Of a DNA stretch of 64,000 nucleotides, positions 36,701-51,700 are shown piece by piece. A model generated the notes under the pieces. It saw nothing but the letters and a program-made list of their open reading frames with translations, made no database searches and had not been told where the DNA came from. This DNA comes from Heterodontus francisci (taxonomy: Eukaryota). The translations under genes and the position numbers were made by a program. The stretch is taken from the NCBI RefSeq assembly GCF_036365525.1, contig NC_090384.1, positions 21,850,776 through 21,914,775 of the forward strand, given 5' to 3'. The first letter of the stretch is position 1; every line of letters starts with the position of its first letter.

Positions 36701-39700
36701 ATTGTAGTCCTGTTGGAATGGAGTATTGTAGTCCTGTTGGAATGGAGTTTTGTAGTCCTTTTGGAATGGAGTATTGTAGTCCTGTTGGAATGGAGTATTG
36801 TAGTCCCTTTGGAATGGAGTATTTTAGTCCTGTAGAAATGGAGTATTGTAGTCCTGTTGGAATGGAGTATTGTAGTCCTGTTGGAATGCAGTTTTGTAGT
36901 CCTGTTGGAATGGAATATTGTATTCCTGTTGGAATGGAGTATTGTAGTCCTGTAGAAATGGAGTATTGTAGTCCCTTTGGAATGGAGTATTGTAGTCCTG
37001 TTGGAATGGAGGACTGTAGTCCCGTTGGAATGGAGTCCCGTAGTCCCGTTGGAATGGACTATTGTAGTCCTGTTGCAATGAAGTATTGTAGTCCTTTTGG
37101 AATGGAGTATTGTAGTCCTGTAGAAATTGAGTATTGTAGTCCTGTTGGAATCGAGTATTGTCGTCCTGTTGGAATGGACTATTGTAGTCCTTTTGGAATG
37201 GAGTATTGTAGTCCTGTTGGAATGGAGTATTGTAGTCCTGTTGGAATGGAGTATTGTATTCCTGTTGGAATGGAGTATTGTAGTCCCTTTGGAATGGAGT
37301 ATTGTAGTCCTTTTGGAATGGAGTATTGTAGTCCTGTTGGAATCGAGTATTGTCGTCCTGTTGGAATGGACTATTGTAGTCCTTTTGGAATGGAGTATTG
37401 TAGTCCTGTTGGAATGGAGTATTGTAGTCCTGTTGGAATCGAGTATTGTCGTCCTGTTGGAATGGACTATTGTAGTCCTTTTGGAATGGAGTATTGTAGT
37501 CCTGTTGGAATGGAGTATTGTATTCCTGTTGGAATGGAGTATTGTAGTCCTGTTGGAATGGAGTATTGTATTCCTGTTGGAATGGACTATTGTAGTCCTT
37601 TTGGAATGGAGTATTGTAGTCCTGTTGGAATGGAGTATTGTATTCCTGTTGGAATGGAGTATTGTCGTCCTGTTGGAATCGAGTATTGTCGTCCTGTTGG
37701 AATGGACTATTGTAGTCCTTTTGGAATGGAGTATTGTAGACCTGTTGGAATGAAGTATTATAGTCCTGTTGGAATGGAGTATTGTCGTCCTGTTGGAATG
37801 GACTATTGTTGTCCTGTTGGAATGGAGTATTGTATTCCTGTTGGAATGGAGTATTGTAGTCCTGTTGGAATGGACTATTGTAGTCCTGTTGGAATGGAGT
37901 ATTGTCGTCCTGTTGGAATGGACTATTGTTGTCCTGTTGGAATGGAGTATTGTAGTCCTGTTGGAATGGAGTATTGTAGTCCTGTTGGAATGGAGTATTG
38001 TAGTCCTGTTGCAATGGAGTATTGTGGTCCTGTTGGAATGGAGTATTGTAGTCCTGTTGGAATGGAGTATTGTAGTCCTGTTGGAATGGAGTATTGTAGT
38101 CCTGTTGGAATGGAGTATGATATTCCATTTGGAATGGAGTATTGTAGTCCTGTAGAAATGGAGTATTGTATTCCTGTTGGAATGGAGTATTGTAGTCCTG
38201 TAGAAATGGAGTATTGTAGTCCTGTTGGAATGGAGTATTGTAGTCCTGTTGGAATGCAGTTTTGTAGTCCTGTTGGAATGGAATATTGTATTCCTGTTGG
38301 AATGGAGTATTGTAGTCCTGTAGAAATGGAGTATTGTAGTCCTTTTGGAATGGAGTATTGTAGTCCTGTAGAAATGGAGTATTGTAGTCCTTTTGGAATG
38401 GAGTATTGTGGTCCTGTTGGAATGGAGTATTGTAGTCCTGTTGGAATGGAGTATTGTAGTCCTTTTGGAATGGATTATTGTGGTCCATTTGGAATGGAGT
38501 ATTGTAGTCCATTTGGAATGGAGTATTGTAGTCCTGTAGAAATGGAGTATTGTAGTCCTTTTGGAATGGATTATTGTGGTCCATTTGGAATGGAGTATTG
38601 TAGTCCTGTTGGAATGGAGTATTGTAGTCCTGTTGGAATGGAGTATTGTAGTCCATTTGGAATGGAGTATTGTAGTCCTGTTGGAATGGAGTATTGTAGT
38701 CCTGTTGGAATGGAGTCTTGTAGTCCTGTTGGAATGGAGTATTGTCGTCCTGTAGAAATGGAGTATTGTAGTCCTGTTGGAATGGAGTATTGTAGTCCTG
38801 TTGGAATGGAGTATTGTAGTCCATTTGGAATGGAGTATTGTGGTCCTGTTGGAATGGAGTATTGTAGTCCTGTTGCAATGAAGTATTGTAGTCCTGTTGG
38901 AATGGAGTATTGTAGTCCATTTGGAATGGAGTATTGTAGTCCTGTAGAAATGGAGTATTGTAGTCCTTTTGGAATGGAGTATTGTAGTCCTGTTGGAATG
39001 GAGTATTGTAGTCCATTTGGAATGGAGTATTGTAGTCCTGCAGAAATGGAGTATTGTGGTCCTGTTGGAATGGAGTATTGTAGTCCTGTCGAAATGGAGT
39101 ATTGTAGTCCTTTTGGAATGGAGTATTGTAGTCCTTTTGGAATGGAGTATTGTGGTCCTGTTGGAATGGAGTATTGTAGTCCTGTTGGAATGGAGTATTG
39201 TCGTCCTGTTGGAATGGAGTATTGTAGTCCTTTTGGAATGGAGTATTGTAGTCCTTTTGGAATGGAGTATTGTGGTCCTGTTGGAATGGAGTATTGTAGT
39301 CCTGTTGGAATGGAGTATTGTAGTCCTGTAGAAATGGAGTATTGTAGTCCTTTTGGAATGGAGTATTGTAGTCCTGTTGGAATGGAGTATTGTAGTCCAT
39401 TTGGAATGGAGTATTGTAGTCCTGCAGAAATGGAGTATTGTGGTCCTGTTGGAATGGAGTATTGTAGTCCTGTCGAAATGGAGTATTGTAGTCCTTTTGG
39501 AATGGAGTATTGTAGTCCTTTTGGAATGGAGTATTGTGGTCCTGTTGGAATGGAGTATTGTAGTCCTGTTGGAATGGAGTATTGTCGTCCTGTTGGAATG
39601 GAGTATTGTAGTCCATTTGGAATGGAGTATTGTAGTCCTTTTGGAATGAAGTATTGTAGTCCTTTTGGAATGGAGTATTGTGGTCCTGTTGGAATGGAGT

Positions 39701-42700
39701 ATTGTAGTCCTGTTGGAATGGAGTATTGTAGTCCTGTTGGAATGGAGTACTGTAGTCCTGTTGGAATGGAGTATGATATTCCATTTGGAATGGAGTATTG
39801 TAGTCCTGTAGAAATGGAGTATTGTATTCCTGTTGGAATGGAGTATTGTAGTCCTGTAGAAATGGAGTATTGTAGTCCTGTTGGAATGGAGTATTGTAGT
39901 CCTGTTGGAATGCAGTTTTGTAGTCCTGTTGGAATGGAATATTGTATTCCTGTTGGAATGGAGTATTGTAGTCCTGTAGAAATGGAGTATTGTAGTCCTT
40001 TTGGAATGGAGTATTGTAGTCCTGTAGACATGGAGTATTGTAGTCCTTTTGGAATGGAGTATTGTAGTCCTTTTGGAATGGAGTATTGTGGTCCTGTTGG
40101 AATGGAGTATTGTAGTCCTGTTGGAATGGAGCATTGTAGTCCATTTGGAATGGAGTATTGTAGTCCTGTAGAAATGGAGTATTGTAGTCCTTTTGGAATG
40201 GATTATTGTGGTCCATTTGGAATGGAGTATTGTAGTCCTGTTGGAATGGAGTATTGTAGTCCTGTTGGAATGGAGTATTGTAGTCCATTTGGAATGGAGT
40301 ATTGTAGTCCTGTTGGAATGGAGTATTGTAGTCCTGTTGGAATGGAGTCTTGTAGTCCTGTTGGAATGGAGTATTGTCGTCCTGTAGAAATGGAGTATTG
40401 TAGTCCTGTTGGAATGGGGTATTGTAGTCCTGTTGGAATGCAGTTTTGTAGTCCTGTTGGAATGGAATATTGTATTCCTGTTGGAATGGAGTATAGTAGT
40501 CCTGTAGAAATGGAGTATTGTACTCCCTTTGGAATGGAGTATTGTAGTCCTGTTGGAATGGAGTATTGTAGTCCTGTTGGAATGGAGTATTGTAGTCCTG
40601 TAGAAATGGAGTATTGTAGTCCCTTTGGAATGGAGTATTGTGGTCCTGTTGGAATGGAGTATTGTAGTCCTGTTGGAATCGAGTATTGTCGTCCTGTTGG
40701 AATGGACTATTGTAGTCCTTTTGGAATGGAGTATTGTAGTCCTGTTGGAATGGAGTATTGTATTCCTGTTGGAATGGAGTATTGTAGTCCTGTTGGAATG
40801 GAGTATTGTATTCCTGTTGGAATGGACTATTGTAGTCCTTTTGGAATGGAGTATTGTAGTCCTGTTGGAATGGAGTATTGTATTCCTGTTGGAATGGAGT
40901 ATTGTCGTCCTGTTGGAATCGAGTATTGTCGTCCTGTTGGAATGGACTATTGTAGTCCTTTTGGAATGGAGTATTGTAGACCTGTTGGAATGAAGTATTA
41001 TAGTCCTGTTGGAATGGAGTATTGTCGTCCTGTTGGAATGGACTATTGTTGTCCTGTTGGAATGGAGTATTGTATTCCTGTTGGAATGGAGTATTGTAGT
41101 CCTGTTGGAATGGACTATTGTAGTCCTGTTGGAATGGAGTATTGTCGTCCTGTTGGAATGGACTATTGTTGTCCTGTTGGAATGGAGTATTGTAGTCCTG
41201 TTGGAATGGAGTATTGTAGTCCTGTTGGAATGGAGTATTGTAGTCCTGTTGCAATGGAGTATTGTGGTCCTGTTGGAATGGAGTATTGTAGTCCTGTTGG
41301 AATGGAGTATTGTAGTCCTGTTGGAATGGAGTATTGTAGTCCTGTTGGAATGGAGTATGATATTCCATTTGGAATGGAGTATTGTAGTCCTGTAGAAATG
41401 GAGTATTGTATTCCTGTTGGAATGGAGTATTGTAGTCCTGTAGAAATGGAGTATTGTAGTCCTGTTGGAATGGAGTATTGTAGTCCTGTTGGAATGCAGT
41501 TTTGTAGTCCTGTTGGAATGGAATATTGTATTCCTGTTGGAATGGAGTATTGTAGTCCTGTAGAAATGGAGTATTGTAGTCCTTTTGGAATGGAGTATTG
41601 TAGTCCTGTAGAAATGGAGTATTGTAGTCCTTTTGGAATGGAGTATTGTGGTCCTGTTGGAATGGAGTATTGTAGTCCTGTTGGAATGGAGTATTGTAGT
41701 CCTTTTGGAATGGATTATTGTGGTCCATTTGGAATGGAGTATTGTAGTCCATTTGGAATGGAGTATTGTAGTCCTGTAGAAATGGAGTATTGTAGTCCTT
41801 TTGGAATGGATTATTGTGGTCCATTTGGAATGGAGTATTGTAGTCCTGTTGGAATGGAGTATTGTAGTCCTGTTGGAATGGAGTATTGTAGTCCATTTGG
41901 AATGGAGTATTGTAGTCCTGTTGGAATGGAGTATTGTAGTCCTGTTGGAATGGAGTCTTGTAGTCCTGTTGGAATGGAGTATTGTCGTCCTGTAGAAATG
42001 GAGTATTGTAGTCCTGTTGGAATGGAGTATTGTAGTCCTGTTGGAATGGAGTATTGTAGTCCATTTGGAATGGAGTATTGTGGTCCTGTTGGAATGGAGT
42101 ATTGTAGTCCTGTTGCAATGAAGTATTGTAGTCCTGTTGGAATGGAGTATTGTAGTCCATTTGGAATGGAGTATTGTAGTCCTGTAGAAATGGAGTATTG
42201 TAGTCCTTTTGGAATGGAGTATTGTAGTCCTTTTGGAATGGAGTATTGTAGTCCTGTTGGAATGGAGTATTGTAGTCCATTTGGAATGGAGTATTGTAGT
42301 CCTGCAGAAATGGAGTATTGTGGTCCTGTTGGAATGGAGTATTGTAGTCCTGTCGAAATGGAGTATTGTAGTCCTTTTGGAATGGAGTATTGTAGTCCTT
42401 TTGGAATGGAGTATTGTGGTCCTGTTGGAATGGAGTATTGTAGTCCTGTTGGAATGGAGTATTGTCGTCCTGTTGGAATGGAGTATTGTAGTCCTTTTGG
42501 AATGGAGTATTGTAGTCCTTTTGGAATGGAGTATTGTGGTCCTGTTGGAATGGAGTATTGTAGTCCTGTTGGAATGGAGTATTGTAGTCCTGTAGAAATG
42601 GAGTATTGTAGTCCTTTTGGAATGGAGTATTGTAGTCCTGTTGGAATGGAGTATTGTAGTCCATTTGGAATGGAGTATTGTAGTCCTGCAGAAATGGAGT

Positions 42701-45700
42701 ATTGTGGTCCTGTTGGAATGGAGTATTGTAGTCCTGTCGAAATGGAGTATTGTAGTCCTTTTGGAATGGAGTATTGTAGTCCTTTTGGAATGGAGTATTG
42801 TGGTCCTGTTGGAATGGAGTATTGTAGTCCTGTTGGAATGGAGTATTGTCGTCCTGTTGGAATGGAGTATTGTAGTCCATTTGGAATGGAGTATTGTAGT
42901 CCTTTTGGAATGGAGTATTGTAGTCCTTTTGGAATGGAGTATTGTGGTCCTGTTGGAATGGAGTATTGTAGTCCTGTTGGAATGGAGTATTGTAGTCCTG
43001 TTGGAATGGAGTACTGTAGTCCTGTTGGAATGGAGTATGATATTCCATTTGGAATGGAGTATTGTAGTCCTGTAGAAATGGAGTATTGTATTCCTGTTGG
43101 AATGGAGTATTGTAGTCCTGTAGAAATGGAGTATTGTAGTCCTGTTGGAATGGAGTATTGTAGTCCTGTTGGAATGCAGTTTTGTAGTCCTGTTGGAATG
43201 GAATATTGTATTCCTGTTGGAATGGAGTATTGTAGTCCTGTAGAAATGGAGTATTGTAGTCCTTTTGGAATGGAGTATTGTAGTCCTGTAGACATGGAGT
43301 ATTGTAGTCCTTTTGGAATGGAGTATTGTAGTCCTTTTGGAATGGAGTATTGTGGTCCTGTTGGAATGGAGTATTGTAGTCCTGTTGGAATGGAGCATTG
43401 TAGTCCATTTGGAATGGAGTATTGTAGTCCTGTAGAAATGGAGTATTGCAGTCCTTTTGGAATGGATTATTGTGGTCCATTTGGAATGGAGTATTGTAGT
43501 CCTGTTGGAATGGAGTATTGTAGTCCTGTTGGAATGGAGTATTGTAGTCCATTTGGAATGGAGTATTGTAGTCCTGTTGGAATGGAGTATTGTAGTCCTG
43601 TTGGAATGGAGTCTTGTAGTCCTGTTGGAATGGAGTATTGTCGTCCTGTAGAAATGGAGTATTGTAGTCCTGTTGGAATGGGGTATTGTAGTCCTGTTGG
43701 AATGCAGTTTTGTAGTCCTGTTGGAATGGAATATTGTATTCCTGTTGGAATGGAGTATTGTAGTCCTGCAGAAATGGAGTATTGTACTCCCTTTGGAATG
43801 GAGTATTGTAGTCCTGTTGGAATGGAGTATTGTAGTCCTGTTGGAATGGAGTATTGTAGTCCTGTAGAAATGGAGTATTGTAGTCCCTTTGGAATGGAGT
43901 ATTGTGGTCCTGTTGGAATGGAGTATTGTAGTCCTGTTGGAATGGAGTATTGCAGTCCTGTTTGAATGGAGTATTGTGGTCCTTTTGGAATGAAGTATTG
44001 TGGTCCTGTTGGAATGGAGTATTGTGGTCCTGTTGGAATGGAGTATTGTAGTCCTGTTGGAATGGAGTATTGTAGTCCTTTTGGAATGGAGTATTGTAGT
44101 CCTGTAGAAATGGAGTATTGTAGTCCTTTTGGAATGGAGTATTGTAGTCCTGTTGGAATGGAGTATTGTAGTCCTGTTGGAATGGAGTATTGTAGTCCTG
44201 TAGAAATGGAGTATTGTTGTCCCCTTGGAATGGAGTATTGTGGTCCATTTGGAATGGAGTATTGTAGTCCTGTCGAAATGGAGTATTGTAGTCCCTTTGG
44301 AATGGAGTATTGTCGTCCTGTTGCAATGGAGTATTGTAGTCCTGTAGAAATGGAGTATTGTCGTCCCTTTGGAATGGAGTATTGTAGTCCTGTTGGAATG
44401 GAGTATTGTATTCCTGTTGGAATGGAGTATTGTAGTCCTTTTGGAATGGAGTATTGTCGTCCTGTTGGAATCGAGTATTGTCGTCCTGTTGGAATGGACT
44501 ATTGTAGTCCTTTTGGAATGGAGTATTGTAGTCCTGTTGGAATGGAGTATTATAGTCCTGTTGGAATGGAGTATTGTCGTCCTGTTGGAATGGACTATTG
44601 TTGTCCTGTTGGAATGGAGTATTGTATTCCTGTTGGAATGGAGTATTGTAGTCCTGTTGGAATGGACTATTGTAGTCCTGTTGGAATGGAGTATTGTCGT
44701 CCTGTTGGAATGGACTATTGTAGTCCTTTTGGAATGGAGTATTGTAGTCCTGTTGGAATGGAGTATTGTAGTCCTGTTGGAATGGAGTATTGTAGTCCTG
44801 TTGGAATGGAGTATTGTGGTCCTGTTGGAATGGAGTATTGTAGTCCTGTTGGAATGGAGTATTGTAGTCCTGTTGGAATGGAGTATGATATTCCATTTGG
44901 AATGGAGTATTGTAGTCCTGTAGAAATGGAGTATTGTATTCCTGTTGGAATGGAGTATTGTAGTCCTGTAGAAATGGAGTATTGTAGTCCTGTTGGAATG
45001 GAGTATTGTAGTCCTGTTGGAATGCAGTTTTGTAGTCCTGTTGGAATGGAATATTGTATTCCTGTTGGAATGGAGTATTGTAGTCCTGTAGAAATGGAGT
45101 ATTGTAGTCCTTTTGGAATTGAGTATTGTAGTCCTGTAGAAATGGAGTATTGTAGTCCTTTTGGAATGGATTATTGTGGTCCATTTGGAATGGAGTATTG
45201 TAGTCCATTTGGAATGGATTATTGTGGTCCATTTGGAATGGAGTATTGTAGTCCTGTTGGAATGGAGTATTGTAGTCCTGTTGGAATGGAGTATTGTAGT
45301 CCATTTGGAATGGAGTATTGTAGTCCTGTTGGAATGGAGTATTGTTGTCCTGTTGGAATGGAGTCTTGTAGTCCTGTTGGAATGGAGTATTGTCGTCCTG
45401 TAGAAATGGAGTATTGTCGTCCTGTTGGAATGGAGTATTGTAGTCCATTTGGAATGGAGTATTGTGGTCCTGTTGGAATGGAGTATTGTAGTCCTGTTGC
45501 AATGAAGTATTGTAGTCCTGTTGGAATGGAGTATTGTAGTCCATTTGGAATGGAGTATTGTAGTCCTGCAGAAATGGAGTATTGTGGTCCTGTTGGAATG
45601 GAGTATTGTAGTCCTGTCGAAATGGAGTATTGCAGTCCTTTTGGAATGGAGTATTGTAGTCCTTTTGGAATGGAGTATTGTGGTCCTGTTGGAATGGAGT

Positions 45701-48700
45701 ATTGTAGTCCTGTTGGAATGGAGTATTGTCGTCCTGTTGGAATGGAGTATTGTAGTCCATTTGGAATGGAGTATTGTAGTCCTTTTGGAATGGAGTATTG
45801 TAGTCCTTTTGGAATGGAGTATTGTGGTCCTGTTGGAATGGAGTATTGTAGTCCTGTTGGAATGGAGCATTGTAGTCCATTTGGAATGGAGTATTGTAGT
45901 CCTGTAGAAATGGAGTATTGTAGTCCTTTTGGAATGGATTATTGTGGTCCATTTGGAATGGAGTATTGTAGTCCTGTTGGAATGGAGTATTGTAGTCCTG
46001 TTGGAATGGAGTATTGTAGTCCATTTGGAATGGAGTATTGTAGTCCTGTTGGAATGGAGTATTGTAGTCCTGTTGGAATGGAGTCTTGTAGTCCTGTTGG
46101 AATGGAGTATTGTCGTCCTGTAGAAATGGAGTATTGTAGTCCTGTTGGAATGGGGTATTGTAGTCCTGTTGGAATGCAGTTTTGTAGTCCTGTTGGAATG
46201 GAATATTGTATTCCTGTTGGAATGGAGTATTGTAGTCCTGTAGAAATGGAGTATTGTACTCCCTTTGGAATGGAGTATTGTAGTCCTGTTGGAATGGAGT
46301 ATTGTAGTCCTGTTGGAATGGAGTATTGTAGTCCTGTAGAAATGGAGTATTGTAGTCCCTTTGGAATGGAGTATTGTGGTCCTGTTGGAAAGGAGTATTG
46401 TAGTCCTGTTGGAATGGAGTATTGCAGTCCTGTTTGAATGGAGTATTGTGGTCCTTTTGGAATGAAGTATTGTGGTCCTGTTGGAATGGAGTATTGTGGT
46501 CCTGTTGGAATGGAGTATTGTAGTCCTGTTGGAATGGAGTATTGTAGTCCTTTTGGAATGGAGTATTGTAGTCCTGTAGAAATGGAGTATTGTAGTCCTT
46601 TTGGAATGGAGTATTGTAGTCCTGTTGGAATGGAGTATTGTAGTCCTGTTGGAATGGAGTATTGTAGTCCTGTAGAAATGGAGTATTGTTGTCCCCTTGG
46701 AATGGAGTATTGTGGTCCATTTGGAATGGAGTATTGTAGTCCTGTCGAAATGGAGTATTGTAGTCCCTTTGGAATGGAGTATTGTCGTCCTGTTGCAATG
46801 GAGTATTGTAGTCCTGTTGGAATGGAGTATTGTAGTCCTGTGGAAATGGAGTATTGTAGTCCTTTTGGAATGGAGTATTGTAGTCCTGTTGGAATGGAGT
46901 ATTGTAGTCCTGTAGAAATGGAGTATTGTCGTCCCTTTGGAATGGAGTATTGTAGTCCTGTTGGAATGGAGTATTGTATTCCTGTTGGAATGGAGTATTG
47001 TAGTCATTTTGGAATGGAGTATTGTCGTCCTGTTGGAATCGAGTATTGTCGTCCTGTTGGAATGGACTATTGTAGTCCTTTTGGAATGGAGTATTGTAGT
47101 CCTGTTGGAATGGAGTATTATAGTCCTGTTGGAATGGAGTATTGTCGTCCTGTTGGAATGGACTATTGTTGTCCTGTTGGAATGGAGTATTGTATTCCTG
47201 TTGGAATGGAGTATTGTAGTCCTGTTGGAATGGACTATTGTAGTCCTGTTGGAATGGAGTATTGTCGTCCTGTTGGAATGGACTATTGTTGTCCTGTTGG
47301 AATGGAGTATTGTAGTCCTGTTGGAATGGAGTATTGTAGTCCTGTTGGAATGGAGTATTGTAGTCCTGTTGGAATGGAGTATTGTGGTCCTGTTGGAATG
47401 GAGTATTGTAGTCCTGTTGGAATGGAGTATTGTAGTCCTGTTGGAATGGAGTATGATATTCCATTTGGAATGGAGTATTGTAGTCCTGTAGAAATGGAGT
47501 ATTGTATTCCTGTTGGAATGGAGTATTGTAGTCCTGTAGAAATGGAGTATTGTAGTCCTGTTGGAATGGAGTATTGTAGTCCTGTTGGAATGCAGTTTTG
47601 TAGTCCTGTTGGAATGGAATATTGTATTCCTGTTGGAATGGAGTATTGTAGTCCTGTAGAAATGGAGTATTGTAGTCCTTTTGGAATTGAGTATTGTAGT
47701 CCTGTAGAAATGGAGTATTGTAGTCCTTTTGGAATGGATTATTGTGGTCCATTTGGAATGGAGTATTGTAGTCCATTTGGAATGGATTATTGTGGTCCAT
47801 TTGGAATGGAGTATTGTAGTCCTGTTGGAATGGAGTATTGTAGTCCTGTTGGAATGGAGTATTGTAGTCCATTTGGAATGGAGTATTGTAGTCCTGTTGG
47901 AATGGAGTATTGTTGTCCTGTTGGAATGGAGTCTTGTAGTCCTGTTGGAATGGAGTATTGTCGTCCTGTAGAAATGGAGTATTGTCGTCCTGTTGGAATG
48001 GAGTATTGTAGTCCATTTGGAATGGAGTATTGTGGTCCTGTTGGAATGGAGTATTGTAGTCCTGTTGCAATGAAGTATTGTAGTCCTGTTGGAATGGAGT
48101 ATTGTAGTCCATTTGGAATGGAGTATTGTAGTCCTGCAGAAATGGAGTATTGTGGTCCTGTTGGAATGGAGTATTGTAGTCCTGTCGAAATGGAGTATTG
48201 CAGTCCTTTTGGAATGGAGTATTGTAGTCCTTTTGGAATGGAGTATTGTGGTCCTGTTGGAATGGAGTATTGTAGTCCTGTTGGAATGGAGTATTGTCGT
48301 CCTGTTGGAATGGAGTATTGTAGTCCATTTGGAATGGAGTATTGTAGTCCTTTTGGAATGGAGTATTGTAGTCCTTTTGGAGTGGAGTATTGTGGTCCTG
48401 TTGGAATGGAGTATTGTCGTCCTGTTGGAATGGACTATTGTTGTCCTGTTGGAATGGAGTATTGTATTCCTGTTGGAATGGAGTATTGTAGTCCTGTTGG
48501 AATGGACTATTGTAGTCCTGTTGGAATGGAGTATTGTCGTCCTGTTGGAATGGACTATTGTAGTCCTTTTGGAATGGAGTATTGTAGTCCTGTTGGAATG
48601 GAGTATTGTAGTCCTGTTGGAATGGAGTATTGTAGTCCTGTTGGAATGGAGTATTGTGGTCCTGTTGGAATGGAGTATTGTAGTCCTGTTGGAATGGAGT

Positions 48701-51700
48701 ATTGTAGTCCTGTTGGAATGGAGTATGATATTCCATTTGGAATGGAGTATTGTAGTCCTGTAGAAATGGAGTATTGTATTCCTGTTGGAATGGAGTATTG
48801 TAGTCCTGTAGAAATGGAGTATTGTAGTCCTGTTGGAATGGAGTATTGTAGTCCTGTTGGAATGCAGTTTTGTAGTCCTGTTGGAATGGAATATTGTATT
48901 CCTGTTGGAATGGAGTATTGTAGTCCTGTAGAAATGGAGTATTGTAGTCCTTTTGGAATGGAGTATTGTAGTCCTGTAGAAATGGAGTATTGTAGTCCTT
49001 TTGGAATGGAGTATTGTAGTCCTTTTGGAATGGAGTATTGTGGTCCTGTTGGAATGGAGTATTGTGGTCCTGTTGGAATGGAGTATTGTAGTCCTGTTGG
49101 AATGGAGTATTGTAGTCCATTTGGAATGGAGTATTGTAGTCCTGTAGAAATGGAGTATTGTAGTCCTTTTGGAATGGATTATTGTGGTCCATTTGGAATG
49201 GAGTATTGTAGTCCTGTTGGAATGGAGTATTGTAGTCCTGTTGGAATGGAGTATTGTAGTCCATTTGGAATGGAGTATTGTAGTCCTGTTGGAATGGAGT
49301 ATTGTAGTCCTGTTGGAATGGAGTCTTGTAGTCCTGTTGGAATGGAGTATTGTCGTCCTGTAGAAATGGAGTATTGTAGTCCTGTTGGAATGGAGTATTG
49401 TAGTCCTGTTGGAATGCAGTTTTGTCGTCCTGTTGGAATGGAATATTGTATTCCTGTTGGAATGGAGTATTGTAGTCCTGTAGAAATGGAGTATTGTACT
49501 CCCTTTGGAATGGAGTATTGTAGTCCTGTTGGAATGGAGTATTGTAGTCCTGTTGGAATGGAGTATTGCAGTCCTGTTTGAATGGAGTATTGTAGTCCTT
49601 TTGGAATGAAGTATTGTGGTCCTGTTGGAATGGAGTATTGTAGTCCTGTTTGAATGGAGTATTGTAGTCCTTTTGGAATGAAGTATTGTGGTCCTGTTGG
49701 AATGGAGTATTGTGGTCCTGTTGGAATGGAGTATTGTAGTCCTGTTGGAATGGAGTATTGTGGTCCTGTTGGAATGGAGTATGGTAGTCCTGTTGGAATG
49801 GAGTATTGTAGTCCTTTTGGAATGGAGTATTGTCGTCCTGTTGGAATGGAGTATTGTAGTCCTTTTGGAATGGAGTATTGTAGCCCTGTAGAAATGGAGT
49901 ATTGTAGTCCTTTTGGAATGGAGTATTGTAGTCCATTTGGAATGGAGTATTGTAGTCCTGTAGAAATGGAGTATTGTAGTCCTGTTGGAATGGAGTATTG
50001 TAGTCCTTTTGGAATGGAGTATTGTAGTCCTGTTGGAATGGAGTATTGTATTCCTGTTGGAATGGAGTATTGTAGTCCTTTTGGAATGGAGTATTGTCGT
50101 CCTGTTGGAATCGAGTATTGTCGTCCTGTTGGAATGGACTATTGTAGTCCTTTTGGAATGGAGTATTGTAGTCCTGTTGGAATGGAGTATTATAGTCCTG
50201 TTGGAATGGAGTATTGTCGTCCTGTTGGAATGGACTATTGTTGTCCTGTTCGAATGGAGTATTGTATTCCTGTTGGAATGGAGTATTGTAGTCCTGTTGG
50301 AATGGACTATTGTAGTCCTGTTGGAATGGAGTATTGTCGTCCTGTTGGAATGGACTATTGTTGTCCTGTTGGAATGGAGTATTGTAGTCCTGTTGGAATG
50401 GAGTATTGTAGTCCTGTTGGAATGGAGTATTGTAGTCCTGTTGGAATGGAGTATTGTGGTCCTGTTGGAATGGAGTATTGTAGTCCTGTTGGAATGGAGT
50501 ATTGTAGTCCTGTTGGAATGGAGTATGATATTCCATTTGGAATGGAGTATTGTAGTCCTGTAGAAATGGAGTATTGTATTCCTGTTGGAATGGAGTATTG
50601 TAGTCCTGTAGAAATGGAGTATTGTAGTCCTGTTGGAATGGAGTATTGTAGTCCTGTTGGAATGCAGTTTTGTAGTCCTGTTGGAATGGAATATTGTATT
50701 CCTGTTGGAATGGAGTATTGTAGTCCTGTAGAAATGGAGTATTGTAGTCCTTTTGGAATGGAGTATTGTAGTCCTGTAGAAATGGAGTATTGTAGTCCTT
50801 TTGGAATGGATTATTGTGGTCCATTTGGAATGGAGTATTGTAGTCCATTTGGAATGGATTATTGTGGTCCATTTGGAATGGAGTATTGTAGTCCTGTTGG
50901 AATGGAGTATTGTAGTCCTGTTGGAATGAAGTATTGTAGTCCATTTGGAATGGAGTATTGTAGTCCTGTTGGAATGGAGTATTGTAGTCCTGTTGGAATG
51001 GAGTCTTGTAGTCCTGTTGGAATGGAGTATTGTCGTCCTGTAGAAATGGAGTATTGTAGTCCTGTTGGAATGGAGTATTGTAGTCCATTTGGAATGGAGT
51101 ATTGTGGTCCTGTTGGAATGGAGTATTGTAGTCCTGTTGCAATGAAGTATTGTAGTCCTGTTGGAATGGAGTATTGTAGTCCATTTGGAATGGAGTATTG
51201 TAGTCCTGTAGAAATGGAGTATTGTAGTCCTTTTGGAATGGAGTATTGTAGTCCTGTTGGAATGGAGTATTGTAGTCCATTTGGAATGGAGTATTGTAGT
51301 CCTGCAGAAATGGAGTATTGTGGTCCTGTTGGAATGGAGTATTGTAGTCCTGTCGAAATGGAGTATTGTAGTCCTTTTGGAATGGAGTATTGTAGTCCTT
51401 TTGGATTGGAGTATTGTGGTCCTGTTGGAATGGAGTATTGTAGTCCTGTTGGAATGGAGTATTGTCGTCCTGTTGGAATGGAGTATTGTAGTCCATTTGG
51501 AATGGAGTATTGTAGTCCTTTTGGAATGGAGTATTGTAGTCCTTTTGGAATGGAGTATTGTGGTCCTGTTGGAATGGAGTATTGTAGTCCTGTTGGAATG
51601 GAGTATTGTAGTCCTGTAGAAATGGAGTATTGTAGTCCTTTTGGAATGGAGTATTGTAGTCCTTTTGGAATGGAGTATTGTGGTCCTGTTGGAATGGAGT